NCBI GenBank assembly: GCA_020536535.1
Contig: JAHLWZ010000636.1
Coordinates: 1 to 64,000 of the forward strand
DNA: 64,000 nt
Direction of reading: 5' to 3'
Source: Pelomyxa schiedti
Lineage: Eukaryota; Protista; Evosea
Shown piece after piece: positions 49,101-62,157 of the stretch. Positions within the stretch are counted from its first letter, which is position 1; every line of letters begins with the position of its first letter. The position numbers and the translations under genes are program-made. Under the pieces are notes generated by a model. It saw only the letters and a list, made by a program, of their open reading frames with translations, was not told where the DNA came from and ran no database searches.

Positions 49101-50848
49101 AAGATTGGAAGAAAGCTCGTGTAGGTCAGAAATTTGATGCGGAGTCCCTGGTTAAGGGTATCATCTGTCCACATGAGAAGATTTTTCCACCGACTAGAGC
49201 CCAAATAATCTCTGCGGAGGTACTTCGCCAAATTAATCGTTCTTCCTTACGGACTTAGGTGTATGAGTACATTGCACAGACTTTCTTGAAATATGCACCT
49301 ACAAAGCAACAAAGATTGGACGCCTCTAGTGTGAGCAAATGCACTGAATGTGAAGAAAATGGTGACAACCTTCGAATACTGGTGAGTATTTGCGTCACCC
49401 CTGACTAATAAGGTTACACCTACAAGAAAAATGAGGGAAACATCTTGATGAATAACTTTGTATCTGAGCCTTGGCACCTAAATGGCAGGTCACCTGGTTT
49501 TACTAAGAGATAATTCTTTTCACCTCCATCCAGGTATGCCCTTCTTAGTGCCCACTGGATACAGAAGTGGACACACTTTGCGGAACCTGGCATGGAGCCG
49601 TATGTACTTTTTTTAAAAAAAAATCGGGAGGCGGAAATTACTAGAACATACTGTAACCACATCCCCAAAGTCCAGGTGAAATGAATAATAGTGATCTCTT
49701 TTGTGCACACAAGCGACCAGCAGTAGATGTCCCGTTTGAAGCATTTAAGCTTCCAGAAGGGTATAACTATCGATGCAACTACACAGAATCGGCACCTTTT
49801 CGATTAGTACCACTGAATATCTGGCTCACTATGTGTGATAAGTAAGACATGCCAATTAGATACAGATACAATTGACATTCACCCAGATTCGGTCTGATAA
49901 GAGAAACGGAAATCATTTTCTCCGTCGTTAAGAATTCCAACTCAAGCTGGGCTTTTCACTCCTTTGAGCCTGCCCTGGTTGAATGGAAGTGTGATCCTGA
50001 AGTATGTACTGAATGCATCAGTGAGAAACAGCGCAAAAGAGCTGCAGCAGATGCTAGTTTGGACTCTACTGAGCTCGAAATTCGCCGGGGTGAGTGGTTG
50101 CAATTGATTTTTGTTCCGTTTTCTTTCAACAAAATAACTTCTAAAAATACCTAGGTTATAGCTTTGGTGTTTCTGGTATGCTTCCCTTTGGTCACCACTA
50201 TTTGAAACTTACCGGCTTCCTCTTCAGTTAAAGTTCCAGTGAATAGTTCTACATCTGTTTCCGACCTAAGGTTACTCATCTTCCAGTTTCTGGTACTTTT
50301 CATCCTTTTTCTGCATTCTGCAATAAATTCCATCCATGTAGGACATAGCTCCCACCAGGCAAAAGCTTTACTACACAGTTGCTGGGAAGGACATAGTCCT
50401 CAAGAAAGGCACCTTAGTGAGCAACGGGGTAACAAAATCGACGCAAATAATCGTGCAAGAGGTACGTTTCCTCCTTCCCTCTTCTACTAAATGACGCCCA
50501 TTCCAGCAGTACACTGACACCGACTGGGAGATGGAAGACGAGCCTACGGCCACTCCATCTTCACGCAAAACAATGGCATTTGAAGGTTTGCTACCCAACA
50601 GTTTTCTTTTTGTCCCTTTCCCAATCACAATCACAATTTCCAAACCAACCAATTTAAATTGAACCAAACAATCAGGGTCAGGACTGTTAGATGAAGCACC
50701 ACCCACTTCCACAAAATCCACACAACCGGCTTCACAGCCTCCACCAAAACCACAACCACCCCCACCACAAGGAATTCCATGTCCTCATTGCACATTCTTG
50801 AATCCACTTGGTTCCTCCCTTTGTGAGATTTGTGCAAATACATTATGA
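46166..50848 (+). CDS. USP48-like ubiquitin-specific protease with DUSP domains, UBL and C-terminal NZF finger; start approximate
   Basis: CTLNPNC, VGLQNLGATCYMNSVLQ, QQDPHE, YSLCAVISHIGNSINGGHYIAY, repeated CPHG/CPHE DUSP motifs, ends FEGSGLL...CPHCTFLNPLGSSLCEIC. Confidence 0.85.
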
Positions 50849-51088
50849 TGTACCATGATAGCAAGACATAGACCCAAATAAAAAAAAGAAAGTAACTAAA
50901 AGCTGAACGTTCTTACATAGATGAAACAGATAGTAGTAATTCATCTGCTCTTTGATTTTTTGAGTTGAACATCCGATGTGTGGGTGTTAAAACGAGGCAA
51001 CGACACCAGAACCGTTGCCTTTCAACGTCACCCAAAAATACTCGGAGAATCAGCGGACTTGCCACCAAAGATCCACCCAGAACGGGGA

Positions 51089-51671
51089 TTATGGGTTCTT
51101 GTTGGGCTTGTGTTGCTGTTGCTTGGACAGAATTCCAACACCAGCAAGAATCAGAGCAGAGCCACACACCCACTTCAGTCCAATGCCCTCATGAAACAGC
51201 AACCAGCCAACAACACCCTGTTATGGGAGCTGAGTTTATCACCAGGTTATTTGGTTTGGGGTGCATACAGTGAGTACAAAATTAGAGCTGAATGAGAGTG
51301 CTGTGACCCGGAGGCTGGAATCTGACATATCAAGTGCTGAAGCAAACAGTGTTGCACCAAGGCCGTTCACAGCCACAGATATTCCAAGCAGTAGCACCTA
51401 CACCCAGTATCACTCCCAACATTTAAGGTTGCATTTGTTTTATGGCATGTGGCTTGTCAAACGCAACAAGCCCAATTGGCAGTTGTTTAGAGTGTGTAGT
51501 AGCAAGTACAGTGATGCACAAACTGTCATGCAGTGCGGATGGCAGCCAAGGATCCCTCGTGTGAATGTCCATTGCCAGCTTCGATACCAGGCCCCCCACA
51601 GCCGCAGCACACCCACCACACACAGCAACCCCAGCCCCTCGTTCTGTGTTGTATTTGGTGGAGGTGTCCAT
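51089..51671 (-). CDS. TMEM42-like small membrane protein
   Basis: AAAVGGLVSKLA...FASALDMSDSSLRVTALSFSSNFVLT-GVVGWLLFHEGIGLKWVCGSALILAGVGIL. Confidence 0.7.
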
Positions 51672-51811
51672 GGTGGATTGTAAAGAAGGAAACGGACGTG
51701 TGTCCTGTTTTGCTTTTGATTTTGGTTTTGATTGACTGATTGATGGAGGGGATAAAGCCCCTCCTCTCAGAGATACAACTGTGAATTACTGCGTGGTGTT
51801 GTTTATGGGAT

Positions 51812-52880
51812 TTAGTGCTCTTGGAATGACTTGAGGTTCCAGGAACAACGGGGTACGATTCTGAATTCTGCCATGGTGATCCCAAGTAAGCACTTGAGAA
51901 AGGATGGTTAGGGGACAGGTAAATGTATTCGCTTGGGTTTGTGGAATTATTGTTTTTGGGAGGACATTTACCAGAAGTCTTGCTTGTTGTGCTGTTAAAA
52001 CATCACCTTCGTTGCAAACGGTATAATCCTGTATAAGTGTGATAACGCCTGTATGATGCGGTTGATGTGTCAGAACAGAAGCAAATGGAAGGGAAAATGT
52101 ACCGTCTTTAAGAGCGGTGGGTGCTCCTTGCTTTCTCAGGAAGGGCTCCATTGAGTGATCGAATTGTGGGAGAGGACCCTGGTCCCTACAATAGCAAAGA
52201 AAACGAGGTAAGGTGCAACTTGTGGTGAAAATTAAGTCATACAGTTCTACAGTTTGTGTGGCTTTAAATCCTGCGTGAGGTGGATTGGGTTCGGCTAAGT
52301 TTCGGAAGTAGTCTATAACTTCCGGTAGTGGACTCTTTGTTAGCATGATACCGCATGATTCCGTGAGGAACTGTGGGAAGTGTTAATAAATCCCAAAAAA
52401 AAAAAAGAAAGATGAATTTACAGGGGTTATTTTACGTAGTCCCGGCTTATATTCCTTTTCGGGAGTTTCGCCAATTGCAAATTTAACAACGTTGTTGCAT
52501 CCAATGAAAAATCTGGCACCAGAGTCAAAGACATAATAGTGTATTGGAGAGGGATCTTAAAGAAACAGAAAAAAAACCTGGACGTGGCCGCCCAATGCAG
52601 TCGTACTTTTTGCATGTGCATGTTTTTAATGTTCTGTACACTGAAAACTACGACGTTGGGGTACTCATCTAGAGCAGCCTGTACTTTCGAGATGATTTCT
52701 TGCTTGTGCAGTCTCGAGCGTTTCTTGGTCTTGCCGAGTGCGACTTGTTAAATTAGTGATAATGCCACGTGGGAAACACAACTTGTAGAAGGAAAAAAAA
52801 CAAGAACAAGAACGAGACAACAATTTAACAGGTAGACACCATTTACCTGCGAGTGCTTTGCCGGGGTTAACGCGGGGCAT
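51812..52880 (-). CDS. MRT4: Ribosome assembly factor Mrt4 (P0 paralog)
   Basis: MPR...VALGKTKK, ALDEYPNVVVFSVQN, SRFF, AGFKATQTVEL, GPLPQFDHSMEPFLRKQGAPTALKDG, DYTVCNEGDVLTAQQARLL, MAEFRI. Confidence 0.88.
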
Positions 52881-53005
52881 CTCCGAAGGTGGAAGGGCGA
52901 TGGATAATTTTTAATTTAGATTTAATTGCAATTGTTCTCGGATCTCTTCAGAGACTGGACACCCCAAGTACTCGTGGTAGACAAGTGGGAAACACATCAT
53001 TCCAT

Positions 53006-55103
53006 ATGAACTACAACATCACCGACCTGAGTATCTGGGAACTTGGTTGTCATTCCGGGATCTCTTGTTTGTTTCCAATCATCACCCCTGGTCTTTTGTA
53101 GCGAAAAGATTCTCGCGTCCGGATGCAACACACGCACCACTTCAGCAACCACGGATCGCTAGTCACGTGTCCCCGCAGTCACGTTGGGATTCCAGTGCGG
53201 CGTAGCGAAGTCGACGAGGGTGCACGCGCCAATTGTGGGTCCCCCTGCGACTCGATCCAACAACCATCAGATTCCCTTGCAGGAAAGAAGAGGCCCGCAC
53301 CCGTTTCGGACGAAGATTCAGGCTCGTCGTTGTTCACCAAAGTGCCGTGGGAGGACGGCTTCCTGCTGAGGTTTGTTTTGTTGTTTGTTTGTTTGTTTGC
53401 TTGCTTGCTTGTTTGTTTGTTTGCTTTTTTGCTTGTTTGTGAAAATTTCACACTCTACTGGGTTTTTTGTTTATTTTGGTATTTTTTTAACTTCTTGGTT
53501 TCAGGTGCGTGACTTGCTCGTCTGACCTTGTGCAGTGTGAATGCTGCCATGTTTTGATCGCTTGCGAAACGGAGTTCCCTATAGCGGCTCAATCGAACGC
53601 GAGTAGCTCTTTGTGTCGAACCACTTCTAGTGATGGGGCTATAAACAGACTGCCACTGCCGTCACTTGTTGCTTCGTGTCCGGTTACTAGCGCCTCTAGT
53701 AGCTTCTTGTCTCCCAGTCACCTCAGAGGACAGAATATTCCGAGTGGTGGCCCTTGGGGTGTTATTGTTTGCCACAAGTGAGCAGTATTGTACTTCTGTA
53801 TCATACAACTCACCTCTGCTCACCAGGTGTGGGTTTTGGAATTTGACTGGGTATTTGCACAGAACAGTGTACCCAGCTTGTAAGCCTGTGAAACCAATGG
53901 AAAAGTGTGTTGCGGTACAAATAGAATAAAAAAACAACAAACAACAAACAAAGTCTTTTCTTCGAACATTCCTTCCTAAAGAACACTCAGGAAGCTTTGC
54001 AACATTACCCAGAAGAACTTGAAGAACTTTTTGGACACACTTGTATGACTTTCAACAAATTCCCATTCCTTACACATCTCAGTGTACCCTTCTTCCAAGT
54101 ACCGAAAGTGTGCCAATAGACCGACTTCCCACAATGAAATCGCCCTCGTGAATTGGTGGAATAAGTCACCCTTGGATTCTTCTGGCTTCTCCCATTGCCA
54201 TATGCAGGTGCTTATATTGTAATTTTTGAAATATCTGGAAGTAATTCCTTTTCTTAGATGCTGGAGGCATTATACTCCAATGAGCCTCAGGTAGCATCAC
54301 TGATGACTTCAACGAAGTATTTTGTTGATAACAAGACTCAAATTTTGTCTCTATCACGTGATCTTGAATCCGCTTCACAAGTCTTCTGGGAAAGTAAAGA
54401 ATCTGAATTTTTAAGTAAGCCTCAGCTCTTTGATTTTTCCTCTGATTTATGCTTTGTAGAGCACACAAATGAAACTTCTGCAACAAGGCTCATTTTATGT
54501 GCTCTTCTGAGTAAGTACAATATAATAAGGTATGTGGCATGTACTGCTTGCTAATTTCTAACATGACCTAAGGAATTCTATGCGGCAACTCTGTGAACCT
54601 CTTTCTCCACTTGTTAGCAACTTGACAAATGAACTCCAAAGACTATGCACTACACTCTGTACACTTCATGCGCAGTTCACAATTCCCCACTCCCCAAACA
54701 CCATAATTCGCTCATTATCCCTTTCCAACATGCACATCGACTCCGCAGCACCACCTTCCACCGCAGCGGCCAACTTCCCACTTCATTCAACATCTGTGCC
54801 CAACATCGCACCGCAGACCCCTACCACACCTCTCATGCTTCACAGGCTGAATCCCACCACTCCAAACACCAAATGGTGGGTAAAGAAGGAAGACCAGCCA
54901 CAACAGCAGCAGCAGCAAAGCCCCCGGCCACCAATATCCCAATTCTCTGAGGAAACATCCCTAACAGTCAACAAGGTACCATTTCCCCACACATCATAAT
55001 AACGTTCCTCATGTTTGATTCCACAAAACAAACAGATAGCACTTTGGCAACTACTCTACAAGTCAATTTACACCATCACACCCTCCTTGCTACTCAGAAC
55101 TGA
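53006..55103 (+). CDS. Hypothetical multi-exon protein; boundaries approximate
   Basis: Series of + strand open frames (53123, 53509/53666, 54258, 54580) separated by GT-AG introns; no recognised domain. Confidence 0.45.
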
Positions 55104-55246
55104 ATGAGCCAATCACGAAACGCCAATGAGACCGTGTTTTCCAACGAAAACTCGGAAAAAGAATTCTTTAATTTTTTCTCGTCTGCTTGGCATTCGGGAT
55201 CTCGGAAACAGAAAAAGAAGAAAACCAAAGAACCGCCTGACGAGAG

Positions 55247-57182
55247 ATGTCGAGTAGGAGCGGGGATGAAGATGAGGCGGCAAAGTCCGTAAAACCGACA
55301 CAACAGGCAGTGCCGAAAGCAATGCGATACAGCGTGTTGGGATTGTCGTGTTTGTTGGCGTTCGGCGGTTACCTCGTATTTGACTTGTGCGCCACTTTGG
55401 AGGTTTGACGCACTTTCTTGTACTCCTTGGAAAATGACCACGAAAAAAAAAAAAAAAAAAAAAAAAAGACCCAATTGATGGAAGCTTTGGACATTAGTAA
55501 CACGCAGTACAGTCTTTTGTACACTGTGTATGCATGGACGAACTGCGCTATGGTGCTATTTGCAGGGGCACTAATCGATAACACTGCAAATCGTCTGTGT
55601 GCAATCATTTTCTGTGGATTAGCCTGCCTGGGGCAGACCGTTTTGACTGTAGGTGTACAAATTGAGCTCTTTTGGTTGATGGTGCTAGGAAGAAGTGTGT
55701 ATCCTCTTTTACATTATCTCCCCTAATAATTTCCAATAGCTGTGTTTGGAATGGGACTTGGAAGTGTTACAGTATGCCAGAATACAATCTCGAAGTATTT
55801 TTCCCCTTTCTCCTTCTTAACTTATGCCTCGAAAGTACATACTTCCGAAATGTAGATCTATCTACAGCCTTCGCCGCAACTCTTACTGTCAGGTGTGCCG
55901 TACAAGTTGTATTTCACCGCATCCCCCATTAATTTAACACAAAAAAGTCGTATAGGTTCAGTGACAAACTTCCTTCTATCCCCATACCTTTATGAGTGGT
56001 GGGGCAGCAGTCTCCCAGCAGTCTTTTGGTGGGGAACGGGAATGACCGTATTATCTGTATTGGCTGCTGTAATTTTGTACTTCGTTGACTCTAAGGCAGA
56101 GAAGTCTGGCATGATAGTATCTGGTTCGTGCTGTCTTCTATTGATGTTTCAATGACCCCACCAACAATCTAGCAATGCGCAGATCACGTAAGATTCAATG
56201 GAGAGACATTTTGAAATTTCCCCCTATTTATTGGGTTTTGTGTATCAGTATGGCACTTCCTTAAATGAGGAAACCTTCACTAACCTTTTTTTAGTCTGCT
56301 CCGCATACTACATCAATATTTTCTGCATGATGGTTTGTTACTCTCTTTTTAGAATTCCTTGACAATATATTCCAGGCAATTCTCCCTGATTTCCTTCAAG
56401 AAAGAAACGGATATTCGTCAACAACTGCAAGGTAAGCCCACTGCTGTTTTGTTCGTTTTCTGACAAGGTGTCTTATGCGTTGCATTCTATTACAGCATGA
56501 TTTCAAGGTTTGCACCACCCCCTTTTTTTTCCCTCCCTGATAAACTTAAGTTGTGTGTACTTCATGGCTATTCCTTGTGTCCCAATTTTCGGGCGTTTGA
56601 TTGATAACTTGGGGTTCCGCCTTCATGGGTTACTCATTGCTATCTGCTTTATGATTCCTTTTGACCTAGCCATGGGTCTCACCACGTGGAATGCAATTCC
56701 GTTCTTGTTGCTATGTGGTGCTAGCTATAGCTTGGTGGCCAGCAGCTTGTGGCCAAGTGTATGCATGGTAGTAAAGGACGAAACAGTTGGTACTGCCAAC
56801 GGCATTTGCACATCCATACAGGTATGGTCTCTGAAGGCCAATACACTCCCGTTTAACATAATTCTACCTACAAGATGATTGGAATTGGGTGCAGTAACCT
56901 CATAGTAGGAGCACTTAGAGATGCTTATACCTACCGTGAAGTGTTTGCCTATCTCACTGCATGTGCCTCCCTTGGGGTCGTTATGACTGTAAGCAACACA
57001 TTACTACGACCTCACGCGCACCCCCGAGGGCCCCACTCACTTCCACTCAGATTGTTGCACAAATTTTGGACTACCGCCGCGGGGCTTTCCTCAACACTTT
57101 CGTTCCTCTCAAGAATACCGCACAAGCTACAGAAAAGACAAAACTTCTCAAAGATGACAACCCAGATGCTAAAAAACAATAG
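55247..57182 (+). CDS. MFSD1-like major facilitator transporter
   Basis: LSCLLAFGGYLVFD, YSLLYTVYAWTN, GALID, MVLGR, SRIGSVTNF, PIFGRLIDNLG, YSLVASSLWPSV...VGTANG. Confidence 0.88.
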
Positions 57183-57531
57183 TAGTTACACGCAATGTGC
57201 TGCTGTACTTTTCTGTTAGGATACGAACTGCAGTATCTTCTTAGTTAAAACAAGATGTGTGCTTGCTTTGCATTTCCCTCCAATTTCCCACAGGTGCTTG
57301 AATCAATTTTGCCCAAGAATCTTGCCGTGTGTTTTGGTCGGGTATTCCTGACCCAGAGAATAAGAGGTCTAGAATAGTTCTCTGACAGAGTTCAAAAATA
57401 ACAGAACTTGAGTTGCTTGGCAACTCCAAAATCCGCTGAGGGTGAAGGACTCCCAACTACAAGGGAAAAGTCTTGTGAGAGGAGGTTGGAGCCATTTCGG
57501 CGAAGAAACCAACAACAAACAAAAAAATTAA

Positions 57532-58443
57532 ATGATGTGGAATACAACAGACCGCGGCGACGTTATGAGTGGATGCGGGAGTAGTTTATTGTGGGATGCG
57601 CAGGAGGTGATTCCTGGCCTGTTTCTCGGTTCTGAGGATGCTGCGTGTGGGGACGGTTGTAGGGCTCACTTGCACTCACTGGGTGTAACTCACATTTTGG
57701 TGGCTGGCGTGGGATTGTCTAAAGAATGGCCAACGGTATCGAGCGGGGATCCGTATGCCTTTTTCCCACCAATTTTTTAGGAGTTCGAATATAAAGTCAT
57801 TCCCGCTGTGGATTTGTCATTTTTCAACATGGTAAGATACTTCCCAGAAAGCTGCTCTTTTATTGATGATGTGATGTCTAGAGGACTTAAAGTTCTTGTG
57901 CACTGGTAATCAATTCATTATCTTGAGATTGCCAATCAAAATACTTTTAGTGCCAGAGGAGTATCACGAAGTGCTTCTATTGTGGCTGCCTACCTAATTT
58001 TCAAAGGACACACAAGACAAAGTGCTCTCCATCAGTTGTGTGGTTCTCCCTCTTTGGCGTTGAGTTTCTCAGTAATTTCTTCTACAGAATAAAACTTGCT
58101 AGGAAAGTTGCCTCTCCATCACTAGCATTCATTGTACGATTTCCGTTATCAGGCTGTACACCTAACTTACGGAAAAAAAGGAACAACTTGACCTCTGGCA
58201 AAAAATGGGATGCAATCTCACTGGCACAACACCAGCACACTTAGAATACAGGTCAAAATGGGAAACCACAAAAAGGACTCCCAGTGGTGGACTATGAATA
58301 AATTATTCCTGGCTTATGTAGAGAACTGGGTTATCCCAACACGACGGGACAAGTGTGATTGCATCCCATTTCACTATCCAGCAGGAGAATTCTTGGTTAC
58401 GAATCATACCAACGCCCACCAAAATAGTGATGGTGGTCATTAA
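57532..58443 (+). CDS. Atypical dual-specificity phosphatase
   Basis: EVIPGLFLGS, GVTHIL, spliced active site VLVHCARGVSRSASIVAAYL. Confidence 0.9.
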
Positions 58444-58559
58444 GCACCACCCTAAGAAGAAAAAACCCAAGAGAAAGGTTGTTTGAGGGGTTTTTTTCCC
58501 TACCGTTTTTACGGAGAAACAAAACAAGCCAAAGCCAATTGGTTCAGCATACGAATTGG

Positions 58560-58980
58560 TTAATCGTCCTTCTTGATCTTGACGATTCCACGGCCGAGGG
58601 CGTGGCCAGAGGTGGCGTGATGGAGATTGAATGTGCACATCTTGCCGTCGTGTATCTCGCCGGTGTAGCGCACTCCAAAGTTGGATGTCAGGTCGATGTT
58701 GTGTCCATGGACGGTGCCGGTGTAGGTCTTCTCGGCTCTCTGTGCGGGCCCGTCGTTGGTGTTGTGGCCGTGTGCCGCACCGCTGTCGTGGTCATACTGC
58801 ATTATGGGAGGAGAGGAGGAGAAGGAACATTAGAAGAGGAGGCGAAAAAAAGAGAGGGAAGTGAAGGTGTACCTCGAACTTCATTTCCCAGCCGGGGTTG
58901 TTCCAGTTACCAGTGTTGTTCCATTCGGTGGAGTTTCCGTCACCCTCGTGGCCGCCAATGTGTACCTTGACTTTGCCCAT
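58560..58980 (-). CDS. Small His/Gly/Asn-rich beta-strand protein (about 115 aa, one intron)
   Basis: MGKVKVHIGGHEG...WEMKFE / YDHDSG...YTGTVHGHNIDLTSNFGVRYTGEIHDG...; GC3-rich codons. Confidence 0.6.
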
Positions 58981-59235
58981 TGATGCTTTGTTTTTTTTTT
59001 TTTTTTGTGCTTCTGGTTTGTGTTTTGATGCCTCTTTAAAAGAAGGGTCGGTTGGGGTTTCCCGGAACGTCTTTTGGTTACTCAAAAGAAATCAGAAGCA
59101 ACGTTGTCGTTCTCAAGTTTGAACTTCAAAGTGAAAGTGCTTTTCTTACAGTTTAAGGGTCCCGGCTTCTGTGCAAATCCATTGGCGTTTTGGTGCTACA
59201 AAATCAAAAAAAGGTTTGTTTCCGGCATTTCAGGT

Positions 59236-60805
59236 TTAAAATGTGTAGGTGAGATCGTGGGCCTCAGTCTCTGTGATGTAGCCATCGGAAATGAGAGTGT
59301 CAAGTATAGTGTGTGGCGGAATGCTCTCTCTGTGCTTTGTGAGCTGTTGTATAGCGTTCATCAAGGGAGCTCGGGTTTTGGGAGGGAACTGCTGTGACAA
59401 GCACCATTCCCTTGCCTTCAACTCAAACAGAGCAAGAATTTCCGGGTGTGCAGTTTCTGTTGTGGGACCATGAAGTTCGGAAGCTCGTACGGCTCTCTTT
59501 TAGCAACGTTATGCCGAAAGATACCCCCCCTGAGTCACGGAACTAACCTTGGCAATATTCACTTTGTCTCCGTTGGTGTGGAGCAGGTTCACATCTTTCA
59601 AGTGCTTTACCAAATGGTCTTCAGTCACTTGATAACTGCATATGCAAAACTTTTTGATAGTTTGGACGAACTTCTCCCTGGTTTTTGGCCTTTGATTCTG
59701 ATATTGGGTTAGTTTTAGTGTATTTGGATATTGTGTGGGAGGACTTACGGGATTCCTGACTAACCAAGAATGAACTTTGGATACACATCTCTTTTCAGGG
59801 GCATCCTCACAACTGTATCAATGAATAATATAAAGAAGTTGGGGATTTCCTTACGCGATAGGGTCAGCACCAACTCTGGTGAATTTTGGTGTCTGCTTGA
59901 CGGGTGGGGGAGGTGTGGGTTTCGTAGATACTGCAGTAGATGTAGTCGGTTCAGGAGTTGCTGCCGCACTTTCCGTACTGGTCTCTGGCTTTTCTGCACT
60001 GGTCTCAGTACTTTCCACTGTTTCTTCCTGTGTGGGCTCATCATGTGAGGTTTCTTCAAGTACTGGCAGCACAGAAGTGCTTGTGGAACTCTCCCCCAGA
60101 CGAACTGTTTTTTTTATAGAAAAAGGGGTTGCTGCAGTTCTACTGATGAAGTGTATTTCAGAAACAGTGAACGTTATAGGCGACCATTTAGATGTTCTCA
60201 TGAAAGCCTCCGTGGCTGCCTAGAAGATCATAAAATGGGACGATAGTCCGTAATAGTAGGGTAGTTTACTTTGCCACGCCATTGTCCTAGGGTGAGGTGA
60301 GGGTGAAATCCTCCCTCTCTTGTACTTAAGTCCGTACATAAGGGAAAAGCTTCAACGAGGGCTTTTTCCAAAGTTTGGAGTGCCTCTGGTGGCTAAATTG
60401 TAAATCAGTGATTTAATTCTTTACCAAAAACCTACGTTTGTGGTCGGGTTTGCAAATAAGGTGCAGCTTGAAGGGCCATGTTCGAAAAAACTCTGCTCTT
60501 GAAACGTGACAGTAAATGGTTGGAGATGAGACACAGCCTTCTGAATACGTCCAACTGCCGCATCAAAAGCAGCATCGGGCACAAATGGATATAGCCTGAG
60601 TGGGGAAAAAAACCAGTGTAAAATGGATACAAAAAAACAAAAAAAAGAGATGAGAATAAATGAAAAAGTTATCGTACATGTTAATGTGCGGCATCCATCG
60701 GCTGTACGCCTTGTCGTGCTTTTGCCTTATTTGCTGTATTTGACCCCATTGGTCCTCTGGTGGAACCACAACCACGGCACTCGTGACAACCAACCTCTCA
60801 GTCAT
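59236..60805 (-). CDS. 2H phosphoesterase (2'-5' RNA ligase-like, LENG9-type) with low-complexity linker and C-terminal domain
   Basis: IRQKHDKAYSRWMPHINMLYPF and FHPHLTLGQ motifs. Confidence 0.85.
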
Positions 60806-61137
60806 TGTTAATGATAACACGTCAAGATCTCTCCTTTATCCTTTTGTAATACTGGCAACCCAAAAACGACTTCTCCGCTTCGCGTTGGGTTTTGAAAAGT
60901 TATATTTTCCAAGCAGAGATAAAAAGAATCTCTTTAGTAAAAATGATCACAGAAACTACCCAGTTCGCTTGGTGGAATTGAGCTCCCATTGAGTGCGCAT
61001 CCTGAACCCGTATCTAAGATCTCACAGTGTCCCGGCCGCATGGCCAGGACACTCAACTTCCTTTGCTCTTCATTCAGATCTTGCATTGATCGTCCCCTCA
61101 AAGTTCTACTGCTTTTTTTCCGGAAAACAAAGTGACG

Positions 61138-62041
61138 ATGGCGAGTGGAGGTGCATCGGGTACTACGGCCGCACAAGGCCCATTTAACATGACTGAGAGG
61201 TTGGCTGTTTGTTCGACTGACGTTTTCTGTGGCGTTTTTTTTTTTTTTTTTTTCCTTTCGTCACCCGTTTCTTTTCCAACCCTTACACAAGGTTTCAGTC
61301 TGCTATTGAAATTGTAAACGCTATTCCTCGTGAAAAATTCCCCGACTTCATGACTCGCATCGTTAGGCGAATGCAACAGGTTGAGTTTTATATTTACTGT
61401 CACAGCACCTTAATCGTAACACACAAAAAAGACTGACGAAAGCAATATGATGCCCCTGGAACAACTGGCTGAAAGGGCGCAACTCGGGATAGCAGCAGCT
61501 GATGGTACGGCTGCTGCAGAGGCTTGCACATACATTGTTGAGCAGGCGGCGTATTACACATTTTCACTCCAAGTATTAACAGATCATTTGCGAAGAATAG
61601 GCCTTCAGGAGGATAAGGTGTGCCTTACGATTGGAGACTGTTTCCATTCGAAATTTAGCTATTACCTTCGTTATCTCACTGTTGCAAAGGTGGTTGGCAT
61701 TGTAACTGCCTGGAAACAAGGTAGTGCGGTCGTGCTAGAAAGACTCCGATCAGGCACACTAGCTCCATTGGCACTCCAATCTGTAGACTGGAGACTTCAC
61801 TTACAACTTGCTAACCAAGGTGCTTCGCGAGTTAATGCTCCCACAGCATTGTTCAAGTTCACTTTGGCTGATGATACCGATCCGGCAGTGGTTAGTTTCT
61901 TTATGCTTTTACAAATACCTGATAGCCCAAAAACAGAAAAACAACACCAACGATGTTATGCTGGAGTTCTCCACTGATGAACTCTCCCAGTTCTATCTGA
62001 AATTGGAGAAAATCCAAGAACAACTTGACAACCTCAGTTGA
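61138..62041 (+). CDS. COMMD10: COMM domain protein 10
   Basis: LAPLALQSVDWRLHLQLA...PTALFKF...MLEFSTDELSQFYLKLEKIQEQLDNLS. Confidence 0.8.
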
Positions 62042-62157
62042 ACACTATCCATATCCAACCCAAGACTAAACAAAACCTGTACTTTTCACGTCTTGCGTTC
62101 TACAAAGTTTCATCATCCAATTTACAAACAGTGAAGTTGGTTCTTTTACTTTGAAAA

